Shown piece after piece: positions 1 through 8,327 of a stretch of 37,558 nucleotides of DNA (the stretch's first letter is position 1; the number at the start of each line of letters is the position of its first letter). The translations under genes and the position numbers were made by a program. The notes beneath the pieces were generated by a model. It was not told where the DNA came from and did not search any database. It worked only from the letters and a program-made list of their open reading frames with translations. This stretch comes from Armatimonadota bacterium. GTDB taxonomy: Bacteria; Armatimonadota; UBA10988. The stretch lies in contig JACRKZ010000182.1 of the NCBI GenBank assembly GCA_016235455.1, positions 1 through 37,558 on the forward strand, given 5' to 3'.

Positions 1-1
1 C

Positions 2-1063
2 AAGTGGCACCAGCTCACCGGTGAGCATCTGCCCATCGACTTCGTCACGCGCTTTGTCGACGAACTGACCGGGCACCTGGTGCTCGACGGCGAGCCGTAC
101 CGCGCGGCGCTGGCCCAGGCCATGGCCGACTATCGCGCGCACGGCACGCGGCCGATGACGCACGCGCCGGACGGCTATCCCGACGACCCGCGGCAGTGTG
201 CGCAGTTGCTCGATATGCTGCTGGCGCGGGGGCGCGCGGAATCGCGCACGCTGCTCGAGGGGCCGGTGGTAGGCCTCATGGCGCCCCACATCGACCTGGG
301 TCGCGGTGGCGTGGTCTATGGCGCCGCCTACGACGCCCTGCGGGCCACCGAGGCCGATCTCTTCATTGTGCTGGGCACCGCTCACAGCAGCACCTGCTGG
401 CCCGAGGAGCCGCCCCTGGCGACGTTCACGCGGCTCGACTACGATACGCCGTTTGGCCCGGTGACCACCGACCAGGCTTTCATCGATGCCGTGGCCAGCC
501 ACTACGCCGAGGCTGGCGGCGATGCCGACGATCTGTTCCGCGATGAGTTGGTCCACGGTCAGGAGCATTCGGTCGAGTTCCAGATGCTCTTCCTCCGGCA
601 TGTGCTGGGCGACCGGCCTTTCACCGCCGTGCCCATCCTCATGGGTTCGCTGCATGACTACTTCGAGCATCCCGACGAGTTGGACGGCGACGACGGGCTG
701 GGCCCCATTCTCGACGCCTTGTACGGCGCGGTGACGGCGCGTGGCGGCCAGGTCTGCATCATCGCCGGCGCCGACTGGGCGCACGTCGGGCCGCGCTTCG
801 GCGCCGACCAGCCGGTCAGCGAAGAGCAGCTCCAGGCCATCGCCGAGGGCGACGAGGCGCCATTGCTGGCCTGGCTCCAGGGGGACCTGGACGGCTTCTT
901 CGAGGCGTTCGCCTGCAACGACAACGCGCAGAACGTGTGCAGCGTGGCTGGGCTCTATGCACTGCGCGCGCTGCTGCCCGAGGCCAAGGCTGAGCTGCTG
1001 CGCTACGAGCAGGCGTTCGATCCCGAGCAGACGGTGACGTTTGCCGCGGCGCTGTTGAGGTAG
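2..1063 (+). CDS. amrB: AmmeMemoRadiSam system protein B (MEMO1 family), long form, 5'-truncated by the window edge
   Basis: The frame is open from position 2 (KWHQLTGEHLPIDFVTRFVDEL...). Memo motifs APHID, LGTAH, TPFG, EHSVEFQ, GADWAHVGPRFG and NVCS are present. Confidence 0.88.
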   Translation, partial: KWHQLTGEHLPIDFVTRFVDELTGHLVLDGEPYRAALAQAMADYRAHGTRPMTHAPDGYPDDPRQCAQLLDMLLARGRAESRTLLEGPVVGLMAPHIDLGRGGVVYGAAYDALRATEADLFIVLGTAHSSTCWPEEPPLATFTRLDYDTPFGPVTTDQAFIDAVASHYAEAGGDADDLFRDELVHGQEHSVEFQMLFLRHVLGDRPFTAVPILMGSLHDYFEHPDELDGDDGLGPILDALYGAVTARGGQVCIIAGADWAHVGPRFGADQPVSEEQLQAIAEGDEAPLLAWLQGDLDGFFEAFACNDNAQNVCSVAGLYALRALLPEAKAELLRYEQAFDPEQTVTFAAALLR

Positions 1064-1067
1064 CGCC

Positions 1068-2387
1068 ATGGCCGGCAAGCTGATCCGCGATGCCGTGCAC
1101 GGGGACATCCGCTTCGATGCGATCGAGATGGCCGTCGTCGACACGCCGCCGGTGCAGCGGCTGCGCGGCATCAAGCAGCTCGGCGCGTCGCACCTGGTCT
1201 ATCCCAGCGCTGTCCACACGCGGTTCGAGCACAGCCTCGGCACGGCCTGGCTGGCCAAGCGACTGATGGCCGAGTTGGCCGAACGTGGTACGCCGTTGCC
1301 CGCCGAGGACGCGGTGGCCGTGCCGCTGGCGGCGCTGCTGCACGACGTGACGCACGTGCCGTTCGGCCACACCTTCGAGGATGAGCGCCGGCTGTTCGAC
1401 CGCCACGACGAGGACGAGAGCCGGCTCGACTTCTTCCTCAGCGAATCCACGCTGGCCTCCGCCCTGGCGCAGTCCGGCGTCGGCGCGCGTGTGCGCGAGT
1501 TGCTCACCTCGCGGCAAGGCGTGGCGGCCGAGATCGTCAGTGGCACGGTCTGCGCAGACCTGTTGGACTACCTGCGGCGCGACGCGCACGGCACCGGCCT
1601 GCCGCAGGTCTACGACGACCGCATCTACCGCGCCTTCACCGTGCTCGATGGGCATCTGGCGGTCGACCTGCAAAAGCAGGGCCTGCTGCGCCACGACGTG
1701 CTCAGCGAGCTGATCCACCTGCTGCGCGTGCGTTACAACCTGACCGAGCGCGTCTACTATCACCACGCCAAGACCGTGGCCGGCGCGATGATCTCCAAGG
1801 CGCTTGAACTGGCGCTCGACGCGGGCTGCATGGCGCGGGCCGACCTGTACGGTCTGGGCGACGAGAGCTTCCTGTGGTTGCTGCGGCAACGGTTGGCCGG
1901 GGAGCCGCAGGCCGTCGGGCTGTTGGACGAGCTGGCCGCGCGCCGTCTGTACAAGCGCGTCTACCAGACCAGCCTGCGCGGTCTGAGTGAGCACGGTATC
2001 GACGCGGCGCAGCAGGCGCGCCTGGCTGCGGTCTACCACTACGACCCCGCCGCGCGTCGAGCGGCGGAGGAGCAGCTAGCGTCGGCGTTGGGCCTGGCCC
2101 CGAGCGAGGTGCTGATCTACTGCCCGTCGCCGCGCATGCAGCTCAAGGAAGCCGCCGTGCCGGTCTGCCTGCGACCGGGCGAGGTGACGGGGCTCGACCA
2201 GCTCAACAATGCCGAGGTGGCCAGCCTGAGCGCCAAGTACCGCACCCTGTGGCGGTTGCTGGTCTGTCTGCGGCGCGACCGCGAGGGCAGCTTCAAGCGC
2301 GCCGGTCATCTGGCCGAGGAGCTGTTCGGCGCACCGAACCTGCTGACGCTCAGCCAGAGCGGCGGCCTGGCCTTCGACCGGTCGTAA
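1068..2387 (+). CDS. HD-domain phosphohydrolase, SAMHD1/YdhJ-like putative dNTP triphosphohydrolase (COG1078 type)
   Basis: Motifs IRDAVHG, QRLRGIKQLG, HTRFEHSLG, ALLHDVTHVPFGH, ADLLDYLRRD, ERVYYHH and RRLYK. Starts 4 nt after the amrB stop. Confidence 0.9.
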   Translation: MAGKLIRDAVHGDIRFDAIEMAVVDTPPVQRLRGIKQLGASHLVYPSAVHTRFEHSLGTAWLAKRLMAELAERGTPLPAEDAVAVPLAALLHDVTHVPFGHTFEDERRLFDRHDEDESRLDFFLSESTLASALAQSGVGARVRELLTSRQGVAAEIVSGTVCADLLDYLRRDAHGTGLPQVYDDRIYRAFTVLDGHLAVDLQKQGLLRHDVLSELIHLLRVRYNLTERVYYHHAKTVAGAMISKALELALDAGCMARADLYGLGDESFLWLLRQRLAGEPQAVGLLDELAARRLYKRVYQTSLRGLSEHGIDAAQQARLAAVYHYDPAARRAAEEQLASALGLAPSEVLIYCPSPRMQLKEAAVPVCLRPGEVTGLDQLNNAEVASLSAKYRTLWRLLVCLRRDREGSFKRAGHLAEELFGAPNLLTLSQSGGLAFDRS

Positions 2388-2399
2388 GGCCGACTCGCC

Positions 2400-3125
2400 T
2401 CAATCCAGCGCGTAGGTGCTCTTCTGGCCGCTGACCAGCAGCAGGCTGGCTTCGGCGCTCCAGGTCAGCCGGCGCACGTGCTCGCCCGCGGGCACGGCCC
2501 AGGTCTGCTCGCAGCCGCGGTCACCCGTGGCCCCTGAGTGCACCATATCCACCACCGCCACCTGCTCGCCGCCGCCGGCAGCCTTGGTGGCCGCGAACAT
2601 CGTGTCCTCGACACAGACGGGTTCGCCGATGACCTCACCCAGCACGCGCTGCCCCTTGGTCGCGCCGGTTGCCAGGTCGACCACGGTCAGCGTGCCGGTG
2701 GCGTGGTCCAGCAGATCGACCACGCCGTAGTCGGTGGCCTCCACCTTGGCCGGCGGGTGCGGCATGTACAGCAATTCGGAGCCCAGCGCGCGGCTCCAGA
2801 GCACGGCGCCGCGTGGGCTGTAAGCCAGCAGCTTGCGCCCGCCGCCCTCGACGCCGATCGTCAGCACCCCGTGGTTGGTCGGCTCCAGAACCGGCTCGAA
2901 CTGACCGGCAACGCTCCAGGTGTCTGCCCCGTCGCGGCCGGCCCCACGCAGGTCGGTGGGATTGGCCACGTACAGGAGGCCGGTGGAGTCAGCCTTGACC
3001 ACCGAGCGCGCGGTGGTGCCGGCCAGCGTCACCTTGGCGTGCGGCGCGCGCTGCGGCACAAAGACGAACGCTGCCGTCGGCAGTGCCGCCACCAGGACCA
3101 ACCACTGATACCTCATGCGTCGCAT
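2400..3125 (-). CDS. Secreted or membrane-anchored PQQ-like/BamB-like beta-propeller repeat protein
   Basis: ATG at 3125 follows a GGAGG RBS. N-terminal basic plus hydrophobic segment, then propeller-like repeats (LLAYSPRGAVLWS, LTVVDLATG). Confidence 0.6.
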   Translation of the reverse strand: MRRMRYQWLVLVAALPTAAFVFVPQRAPHAKVTLAGTTARSVVKADSTGLLYVANPTDLRGAGRDGADTWSVAGQFEPVLEPTNHGVLTIGVEGGGRKLLAYSPRGAVLWSRALGSELLYMPHPPAKVEATDYGVVDLLDHATGTLTVVDLATGATKGQRVLGEVIGEPVCVEDTMFAATKAAGGGEQVAVVDMVHSGATGDRGCEQTWAVPAGEHVRRLTWSAEASLLLVSGQKSTYALD

Positions 3126-3143
3126 GACCGTCGCCTCCATGGC

Positions 3144-3183
3144 GAGAGCCGCCACTGAGGATGGTACCTCAGCGGCGGCTCTC
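3144..3183 (-). terminator. Strong intercistronic hairpin (17-bp stem) between htrA and the propeller gene; terminator or mRNA-stabilising stem
   Basis: Minus strand reads GAGAGCCGCCGCTGAGG-TACCAT-CCTCAGTGGCGGCTCTC, with one G-U pair. There is no clear U-tract. Confidence 0.55.
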
Positions 3184-3212
3184 TGTGCTCACTCGCTCCG
3201 GTTACGGCGATG

Positions 3213-4556
3213 TCAACGCTTGATGGTCACCGGCTGGCCATCGACGGTCAGGACGATGGGCTTGCCCGACCGCGCCGCCGTCTGCCAGGCTACCGAGAAG
3301 TCGGCGATGGCCGCCACGGCCTGCCCGTTGACCGCCGTGATGATCTGGCCTTCGCGCAGGCCCGCCTTGGCGGCCAGCGAGCCCTTTTCCACGGCCAGGA
3401 TGATCAGACCGCTCTGCGAGCGCAGGCCGAAGCGCTGGGCCAGACGCGGGTTGATGCCCCGCAGATCGAGGCCGAGCGGTAGCGTGGCCTGGATGACCGA
3501 GGCGGGTTCAGCCTGCGGCACGACCGTCAGGGTCAGGTCCTGAGCGCCGCGGCGCACGCCGAGCTGCACGCGCTGGCCAGCCGGCGTCAGGCGGATGCGG
3601 TTGGCGAAGTCGGCGCCGTCGCGCAGGGCGTGGCCGTCCATGCTGAACACCACGTCACCGGCGCGCAAGCCGGCGGCCTGAGCCGCACTGGCCGTCTCCA
3701 CGCCGGTGATGCGCACCGGGTGGCTGCCGTTGCCCAGTCGCAGGGCCGCGATCTCCTCATCCTTCAGCGGCTCCAGGCTGACACCGAGCCACGAGCGGGT
3801 CATGTGGCCGCCCTTGACCAGCTGCTCCGCCACGGCCTTGGCGGTGTTGATGGGCACAGCGAAGCCGAGCCCGGCGCTGGTGCCGCTGCGCGTGAAGATG
3901 TGGTTGTTGATGCCGATGACCTGGCCCATGATGTTGACCAGCGGGCCGCCGCTGTTGCCCGGATTGATGGCGGCATCGGTCTGGATGAAGTCCTGGGTCT
4001 TGACCCCGGTGACGCCGGTCAGGCGGTTGGTGGCGCTGACCACGCCAATGGTCACGGTTTCGTCCAGGTCCATCGGGCTGCCGATGGCGATGGCCCAGTG
4101 GCCGACGGCCACGGCATCGCTATCGCCCAACGGCGCCGTGGGCAGCGGCGCGTTGGCCTTGACCGAGACGACAGCCACATCGCTGCCCTCATCCGCGCCG
4201 ACCACCGTGCCCGTCATGGCGCTCTCGCGGCCCGACAGCGTGACCTTGATGGTGCTTGCGCCGTGGATGACGTGCTCGTTGGTCAGGATGAGCCCTTCGG
4301 GCGCGTAGACGAAGCCCGAGCCCGTGCCCGAGTTGGTCTCGATGCGCACCGTGGCAGGCATGACCCGGTCGGTGGCCTGGCCGAAGGCCGTCTGCAGCGC
4401 CATCGCGTCCTGCACGGCGGGGGTGATGCCGCCGGCGACATCAGCTCGAACTGTATTCGCGCGGCCGAGTCCCCAGCCGCCTACACCAAAGCCAACCGCC
4501 ACAATCACCATCACAGTGAGTGGTAGGGAGCTGCGTTGCAGTTGTCGGTGCGTCAT
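3213..4556 (-). CDS. htrA: HtrA/DegQ-family serine protease with two PDZ domains
   Basis: Catalytic triad motifs TNEHV, SDVAV and QTDAAINPGNSGGP; N-terminal hydrophobic anchor; two PDZ-like repeats (AGLRAGDV, AGLREGQII). ATG at 4556 follows a GAGGAG RBS. Confidence 0.93.
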   Translation of the reverse strand: MTHRQLQRSSLPLTVMVIVAVGFGVGGWGLGRANTVRADVAGGITPAVQDAMALQTAFGQATDRVMPATVRIETNSGTGSGFVYAPEGLILTNEHVIHGASTIKVTLSGRESAMTGTVVGADEGSDVAVVSVKANAPLPTAPLGDSDAVAVGHWAIAIGSPMDLDETVTIGVVSATNRLTGVTGVKTQDFIQTDAAINPGNSGGPLVNIMGQVIGINNHIFTRSGTSAGLGFAVPINTAKAVAEQLVKGGHMTRSWLGVSLEPLKDEEIAALRLGNGSHPVRITGVETASAAQAAGLRAGDVVFSMDGHALRDGADFANRIRLTPAGQRVQLGVRRGAQDLTLTVVPQAEPASVIQATLPLGLDLRGINPRLAQRFGLRSQSGLIILAVEKGSLAAKAGLREGQIITAVNGQAVAAIADFSVAWQTAARSGKPIVLTVDGQPVTIKR

Positions 4557-4601
4557 TATCTGCTCCTCTGTCCTGTAGTCTGACTCTACAGTGAGCAGTG
4601 A

Positions 4602-4624
4602 CGACAACCTGATTACGCGAGTTC
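4602..4624 (-). promoter_or_regulatory. Putative ECF-sigma promoter for htrA (GAACTCG-N12-GTCG)
   Basis: Minus strand reads TGAACTCGCGTAATCAGGTTGTCGTCAC, which also fits TGAAC-N17-CGTC. The same motif occurs upstream of the ECF sigma gene. Confidence 0.5.
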
Positions 4625-5018
4625 AGAGCGATCTGCGCAGATGTGCAGCAGAACCGTAACACACCACCGAGCCCAGCCAGCACCAGACCGCCGGCTGGAG
4701 CGGCCCGACAGCGGCGGCGACCAGCCCGCCGACCAGGCAGATGACGCTGGCCCAGCGCAGGCTCTTGACCGCCAGCAGGGGCAAGTCGGGCTGCGGCGGC
4801 TCGGCGGCGACACGGTCGCGCAGACGGCGCATGGCCTCGGGGAAGAAGTCGGCCGGCGGCTCGGGCGGCTGGCCATGGGTGCGCTGGAGCGTGGTGACGA
4901 TCAGCGCCAGGCGCTCGTAGTCGGTGTCGACCTCGGGCAGCGGCTCGCGGGCCGGATGCTCGGCGGTGGCCTGGTCGGGCCGCGTGGGGCGGGACTCGTG
5001 TTCGGCCGCGGGGTGCAT
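4623..5018 (-). CDS. Putative membrane anti-sigma factor (131 aa)
   Basis: ATG overlaps the sigma stop (TGATG). Contains a PPADFFPEAMRRL motif like that of RskA/RsiW-type anti-sigmas, followed by two short hydrophobic segments. Confidence 0.65.
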   Translation of the reverse strand: MHPAAEHESRPTRPDQATAEHPAREPLPEVDTDYERLALIVTTLQRTHGQPPEPPADFFPEAMRRLRDRVAAEPPQPDLPLLAVKSLRWASVICLVGGLVAAAVGPLQPAVWCWLGSVVCYGSAAHLRRSL

Positions 5019-5593
5019 CACCTGCCTCCACTTCCCGCCGCGACAGTGAGCTTCTGCCGCAGCAACATCCGACCGCGGTGCAGACGGCTGCGCACCGTGC
5101 CTACCGGGCAGTGCAGGATCTGCGCCACCTCGTCGTAGGTCATCTCTTCCAGGTCGGCCAGAATGACCGCCATGCGAAACTCCTCGGGCAGCTCGTCGAG
5201 CGCCGTCTGCATGTGCTCGGAGAGCAGATCGTCCATTACCAGATCGGACGGATCCGACTCCGGGTCGGGCAGCTCCCAGCCGCCGACGCTCTCCTCGGCC
5301 ACCTGGTCCAGCGACAGCACGGGCCGTCGGGCTGTCCGGCGCACATGGTCGATGTGGCGATTGGTCATGATCCGGTACAACCACCGATCGAACCGCGTGC
5401 CTGGCTCGAACCTGCCGAAGTTGCGAAAAGCCTCATACAGCGCCTCGCCGATCAGGTCCATCGCATCGTCGTGGTTACCTGCCAGTCGATAGGCGACACG
5501 GTACATGGGGCGCTGGTACTCTTCCACCAGCGCCTCAAAAGCGGACAGATCCTGCTGGACCCTCTTGGCTGAGCGTTTCAACAGGCTTGGCAC
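5018..5593 (-). CDS. ECF (sigma-70 group 4) RNA polymerase sigma factor
   Basis: Region 2 (AFEALVEEYQ...AYRL...DAMDL...FDRWLYRIMTN) and region 4 (LDELPEEFRMAVIL...TYDEVAQIL..PVGTVRSRLHRGR). Probable GTG start at 5593 after GGAGGG; the ORF track start is 5650. Confidence 0.93.
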   Translation of the reverse strand: MPSLLKRSAKRVQQDLSAFEALVEEYQRPMYRVAYRLAGNHDDAMDLIGEALYEAFRNFGRFEPGTRFDRWLYRIMTNRHIDHVRRTARRPVLSLDQVAEESVGGWELPDPESDPSDLVMDDLLSEHMQTALDELPEEFRMAVILADLEEMTYDEVAQILHCPVGTVRSRLHRGRMLLRQKLTVAAGSGGR

Positions 5594-5611
5594 GCCTTCT
5601 GTCCCTCCAAT

Positions 5612-5634
5612 CGACCGGAGTCCCCGTCGAGTTC
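5612..5634 (-). promoter_or_regulatory. Putative autoregulatory ECF promoter (GGAACTCG-N12-GTCG)
   Basis: Minus strand reads GGGAACTCGACGGGGACTCCGGTCGATT and matches the motif upstream of htrA with identical spacing. Confidence 0.4.
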
Positions 5635-5723
5635 CCGTGTCATGTGTCACCCATGTAAGCCGACGCAGAGTGTAACCGAATCTTGCCTTGTTGAGCAGCC
5701 TGGAGGCGGCACGAGTCGGCCCG

Positions 5724-6695
5724 TCAGGTGCGCTCGCGCCGGTTCGGGTCGAGCGCGTTCTGCAGGCCCTGGCCCAACAGGTTGAAGCCCAGCACCACCA
5801 GCACCACCGCCAGGCCCGGCGCGAGGATCATCCACGGCGCGGTGACCAGATAGGGCTGGCCGTCGGCAATCATCTTGCCCCAGGTGGGATGGGGCGGGCG
5901 TACCCCGAGCCCGAGGTAGCTGAGCCCGGCATCCATGACGATGGCCCCGGCGGCGCCCAGGCTGGCCAGGACCACGATGGTCGGCAGCACGTTGGGCAGC
6001 ACATGCCGGAACAGCACTCGCGCGTGGCCGCAGCCCAGCGCGCGCGCCGCCTGCACGAACTCCATCGCGCTCACGCGCAGCGTCTCCGAGCGCACCACGC
6101 GCGCCACGCCGGTCCAGCTCACCAGGCCGATCACCACGAACATGTTGATCAGCTCGCGCGGCAACTCGCGTTCGGCACCCAGCAGGTGGAAGTGCAGTGA
6201 CCCACGCGGCATCACCGCCACCAGGGCGATGGCCAGAATTAGCGCCGGCACCGTCAGCATGACATCGGTCAGGCGCATCAGCACGAACTCGACCCGGCCC
6301 CGGTAGTACCCGGCCGACAGCCCGACCAGCGCGCCGACGCCGATGGCCGTGGCCATGGCCAGCAGGCCGATGGACAGGCTGAAGCGCGCGCCGAACAGCA
6401 GGCGCGTGAGCAGGTCGCGGCCCAGCGTGTCGCTGCCCAGCCAGAAGGTGTGGCGCGCACCGCCGACGGTCAGCGTGGTGCCCGGCGGCATGGGCATGCC
6501 CGTGGCCGTCAGGCCCTCGGGATACTGGGTCGACGAATTGAGCGGAGTCAGCAAGGGAGCCGCCACCGCAAGGAGAATGAACCCAGACACCAGCACCAGG
6601 CCGCACAGCGCCTGCGGGTCGCGCCTCAGGCGACGCCACACGGAATCGGGCGGTTGCGGTGCGGTATGGGCGGCCACTGTATCCGTCGAGCTCAT
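5724..6695 (-). CDS. Peptide/nickel ABC transporter permease (DppC/OppC family)
   Basis: N-terminal WRRLRRD motif, FWLGSDTLGRDLLTRLLFGARFSL, EAA loop EFVQAARALG, and LSYLGLGVRPPHPTWGKMI. Start trimmed to ATG 6695 because the upstream extension is a shadow of the divergent gene. Confidence 0.93.
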   Translation of the reverse strand: MSSTDTVAAHTAPQPPDSVWRRLRRDPQALCGLVLVSGFILLAVAAPLLTPLNSSTQYPEGLTATGMPMPPGTTLTVGGARHTFWLGSDTLGRDLLTRLLFGARFSLSIGLLAMATAIGVGALVGLSAGYYRGRVEFVLMRLTDVMLTVPALILAIALVAVMPRGSLHFHLLGAERELPRELINMFVVIGLVSWTGVARVVRSETLRVSAMEFVQAARALGCGHARVLFRHVLPNVLPTIVVLASLGAAGAIVMDAGLSYLGLGVRPPHPTWGKMIADGQPYLVTAPWMILAPGLAVVLVVLGFNLLGQGLQNALDPNRRERT

Positions 6696-6750
6696 GGCCC
6701 ATAGTTTGCCACAGCCCATGCGGATCCTGCTGCCGGATAGGAGCGAAACC

Positions 6751-7203
6751 ATGGCGCGTATGTCCTTCTGGCTGGTCCTGGGACTGGTGGCGACGGCATT
6801 GGCGGGCTGCTCGGGCGGCAAGCCGGCCACGGCGGCCGACACGCCCGAGGCGCTGTTCGCCCTGTTCGCCAAGGCCATGGAGACCGGCGACTACGAGGCC
6901 GCCGCGGCACTCGTCAACTACGATGCCCAGGCCAGCGCCGAGAACGAGAACATGGATGTGACGGCCAAGTCACAGCGCAACCTGATCGGCGGCAAGATGA
7001 AGGAGGCCACCGTCGAGGGCCTCAAGAGCTGGGGCTGGCCGCAGGCCGGCATGAAGGCCGAAGCGCCCGTGGTGCAGGGCGACCATGCGGTTGTCGTCGC
7101 CAACGGCGGCGGCAAGGCCATCAGCTTAAGCCTGGCCCGAGGCGCCGACGGCTGGCAGATCGTCGGTGGCGTGCCCGGCATGACCGCGGCCGCCGCACAG
7201 TAG
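6751..7203 (+). CDS. Lipoprotein, NTF2-like/DUF4878-like
   Basis: AGGAG RBS, lipobox LAGC, TPEALF...AMETGDYEAAAAL helix, and a C-terminal L...DGWQI motif. Confidence 0.75.
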   Translation: MARMSFWLVLGLVATALAGCSGGKPATAADTPEALFALFAKAMETGDYEAAAALVNYDAQASAENENMDVTAKSQRNLIGGKMKEATVEGLKSWGWPQAGMKAEAPVVQGDHAVVVANGGGKAISLSLARGADGWQIVGGVPGMTAAAAQ

Positions 7204-7214
7204 GGAGCGCCGTC

Positions 7215-7520
7215 GTGGTGGAATGGTCCGACGTCTTTGCCGCCGAACACCTGGGCGGCACGGCCGAGTTCCTGGCCGAGTACCACGCGGTGGAGCGGCC
7301 GGACCATCCCGAAGGCCCGGTGCTGGAACTGCGGGTCTGCCTGCCGCCGCACATCGACCTCGATACGTTCGACTATGACCGGCTGATCCCGGTGCACGCC
7401 GCGCTGTGCGCTCGCGTACGCGAGGCGGCGGCCGGCTGGCGGCTGTGGTTGCGCTTCTTCTCGGTCGAGGAGTGGCGCGCCTATGTCGACTCGGGCCAGA
7501 GCGACTGGCCCGAGGTCTGA
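7215..7520 (+). CDS. Small acidic hypothetical protein (101 aa)
   Basis: GGGAG RBS straight after the previous stop, GC3-biased codons, and it fills the gap between two co-oriented genes. Confidence 0.65.
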   Translation: MVEWSDVFAAEHLGGTAEFLAEYHAVERPDHPEGPVLELRVCLPPHIDLDTFDYDRLIPVHAALCARVREAAAGWRLWLRFFSVEEWRAYVDSGQSDWPEV

Positions 7521-7601
7521 GCACCGTCTCAGCGCCAGGCCTACAGGCGTCGGCGGCTCGGCCGAACCACCTCTTGGGCCACGTCGGCCCGGGAGTCGAC
7601 C

Positions 7602-8327
7602 ATGCCTCGTCTGACACGTCTTCCCAGCTTGGTTCTGCTGGTCCTGCTCGGTCTCCTGGCCGGCTGTGGCGGGCCGACGCAGGCGCCATCCTACACGCTC
7701 GCCCAGCTCTACCAGCACGCCGTGCAGGATGCGCGCACCACCGAGGCCGAGGAGGTCAGCCACGATCTGACGCCCATCGTGCCGGCCAACCCCGATCTGC
7801 AGTGGCGAGATGGCGCGGTGCTGATGGTCACCTGGACCGGCTGGACCGGCTATGACCCGCTGGTGGGCCAGGCGACCGTGCTGAGCCGCGAAGTGTGGAC
7901 CACCTGCGCGCCGCTGGTTCGTGGCTATGTGGCTGCGCACCCGATGCCCGGCATCGACCGCGCGCTGCGCGCCAAGCAGGCGCTGGGCCTGCCGGCGGAC
8001 TCGTACAAGGTGCGTTTCGTGGAGCTGTGGTGCCGCCCGGCGGACATGTACCGGCCGGCGCTCGATCCCGACGTCACCCGGACCACCTCGCCGCCGGAGA
8101 CGCCCGGCTGGGACCTGCCGAACACGCTGTCGCCCACGCTGCGCGCCTGGTATACGAGCCTGCGCGCGAGCAGCTACGGGCCGAACGGCTATCCCTGGAC
8201 GCGGCTGGGCTACACCTACGACTGGGCCGACCCGCGGCACGAGGAAGGGCTGAGCGAGTTCGTCGTGCGGCCCGGTGCGCGCGTGACCGTCAATGCGGTC
8301 CACGACAACGCCGCTTACCTCAACTGA
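7602..8327 (+). CDS. Conserved hypothetical lipoprotein (YPWTRLGYTYDW...GLSEF motif family)
   Basis: GGGAG RBS, lipobox LAGC, and motifs EVWTT, QALGLP, FVELW and YPWTRLGYTYDW. Confidence 0.8.
   Translation: MPRLTRLPSLVLLVLLGLLAGCGGPTQAPSYTLAQLYQHAVQDARTTEAEEVSHDLTPIVPANPDLQWRDGAVLMVTWTGWTGYDPLVGQATVLSREVWTTCAPLVRGYVAAHPMPGIDRALRAKQALGLPADSYKVRFVELWCRPADMYRPALDPDVTRTTSPPETPGWDLPNTLSPTLRAWYTSLRASSYGPNGYPWTRLGYTYDWADPRHEEGLSEFVVRPGARVTVNAVHDNAAYLN

Noticed and set aside
1068-2387. Anti-phage dNTPase or defence island
   Set aside because: No defence or mobility genes are nearby, codon style matches the host, and the context looks like core genome.
6343-6878. Mutually overlapping 5' extensions of the permease and lipoprotein ORFs
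   Set aside because: Each extension is the antisense of the other gene. Starts at 6695 (-) and 6751 (+) remove the overlap.
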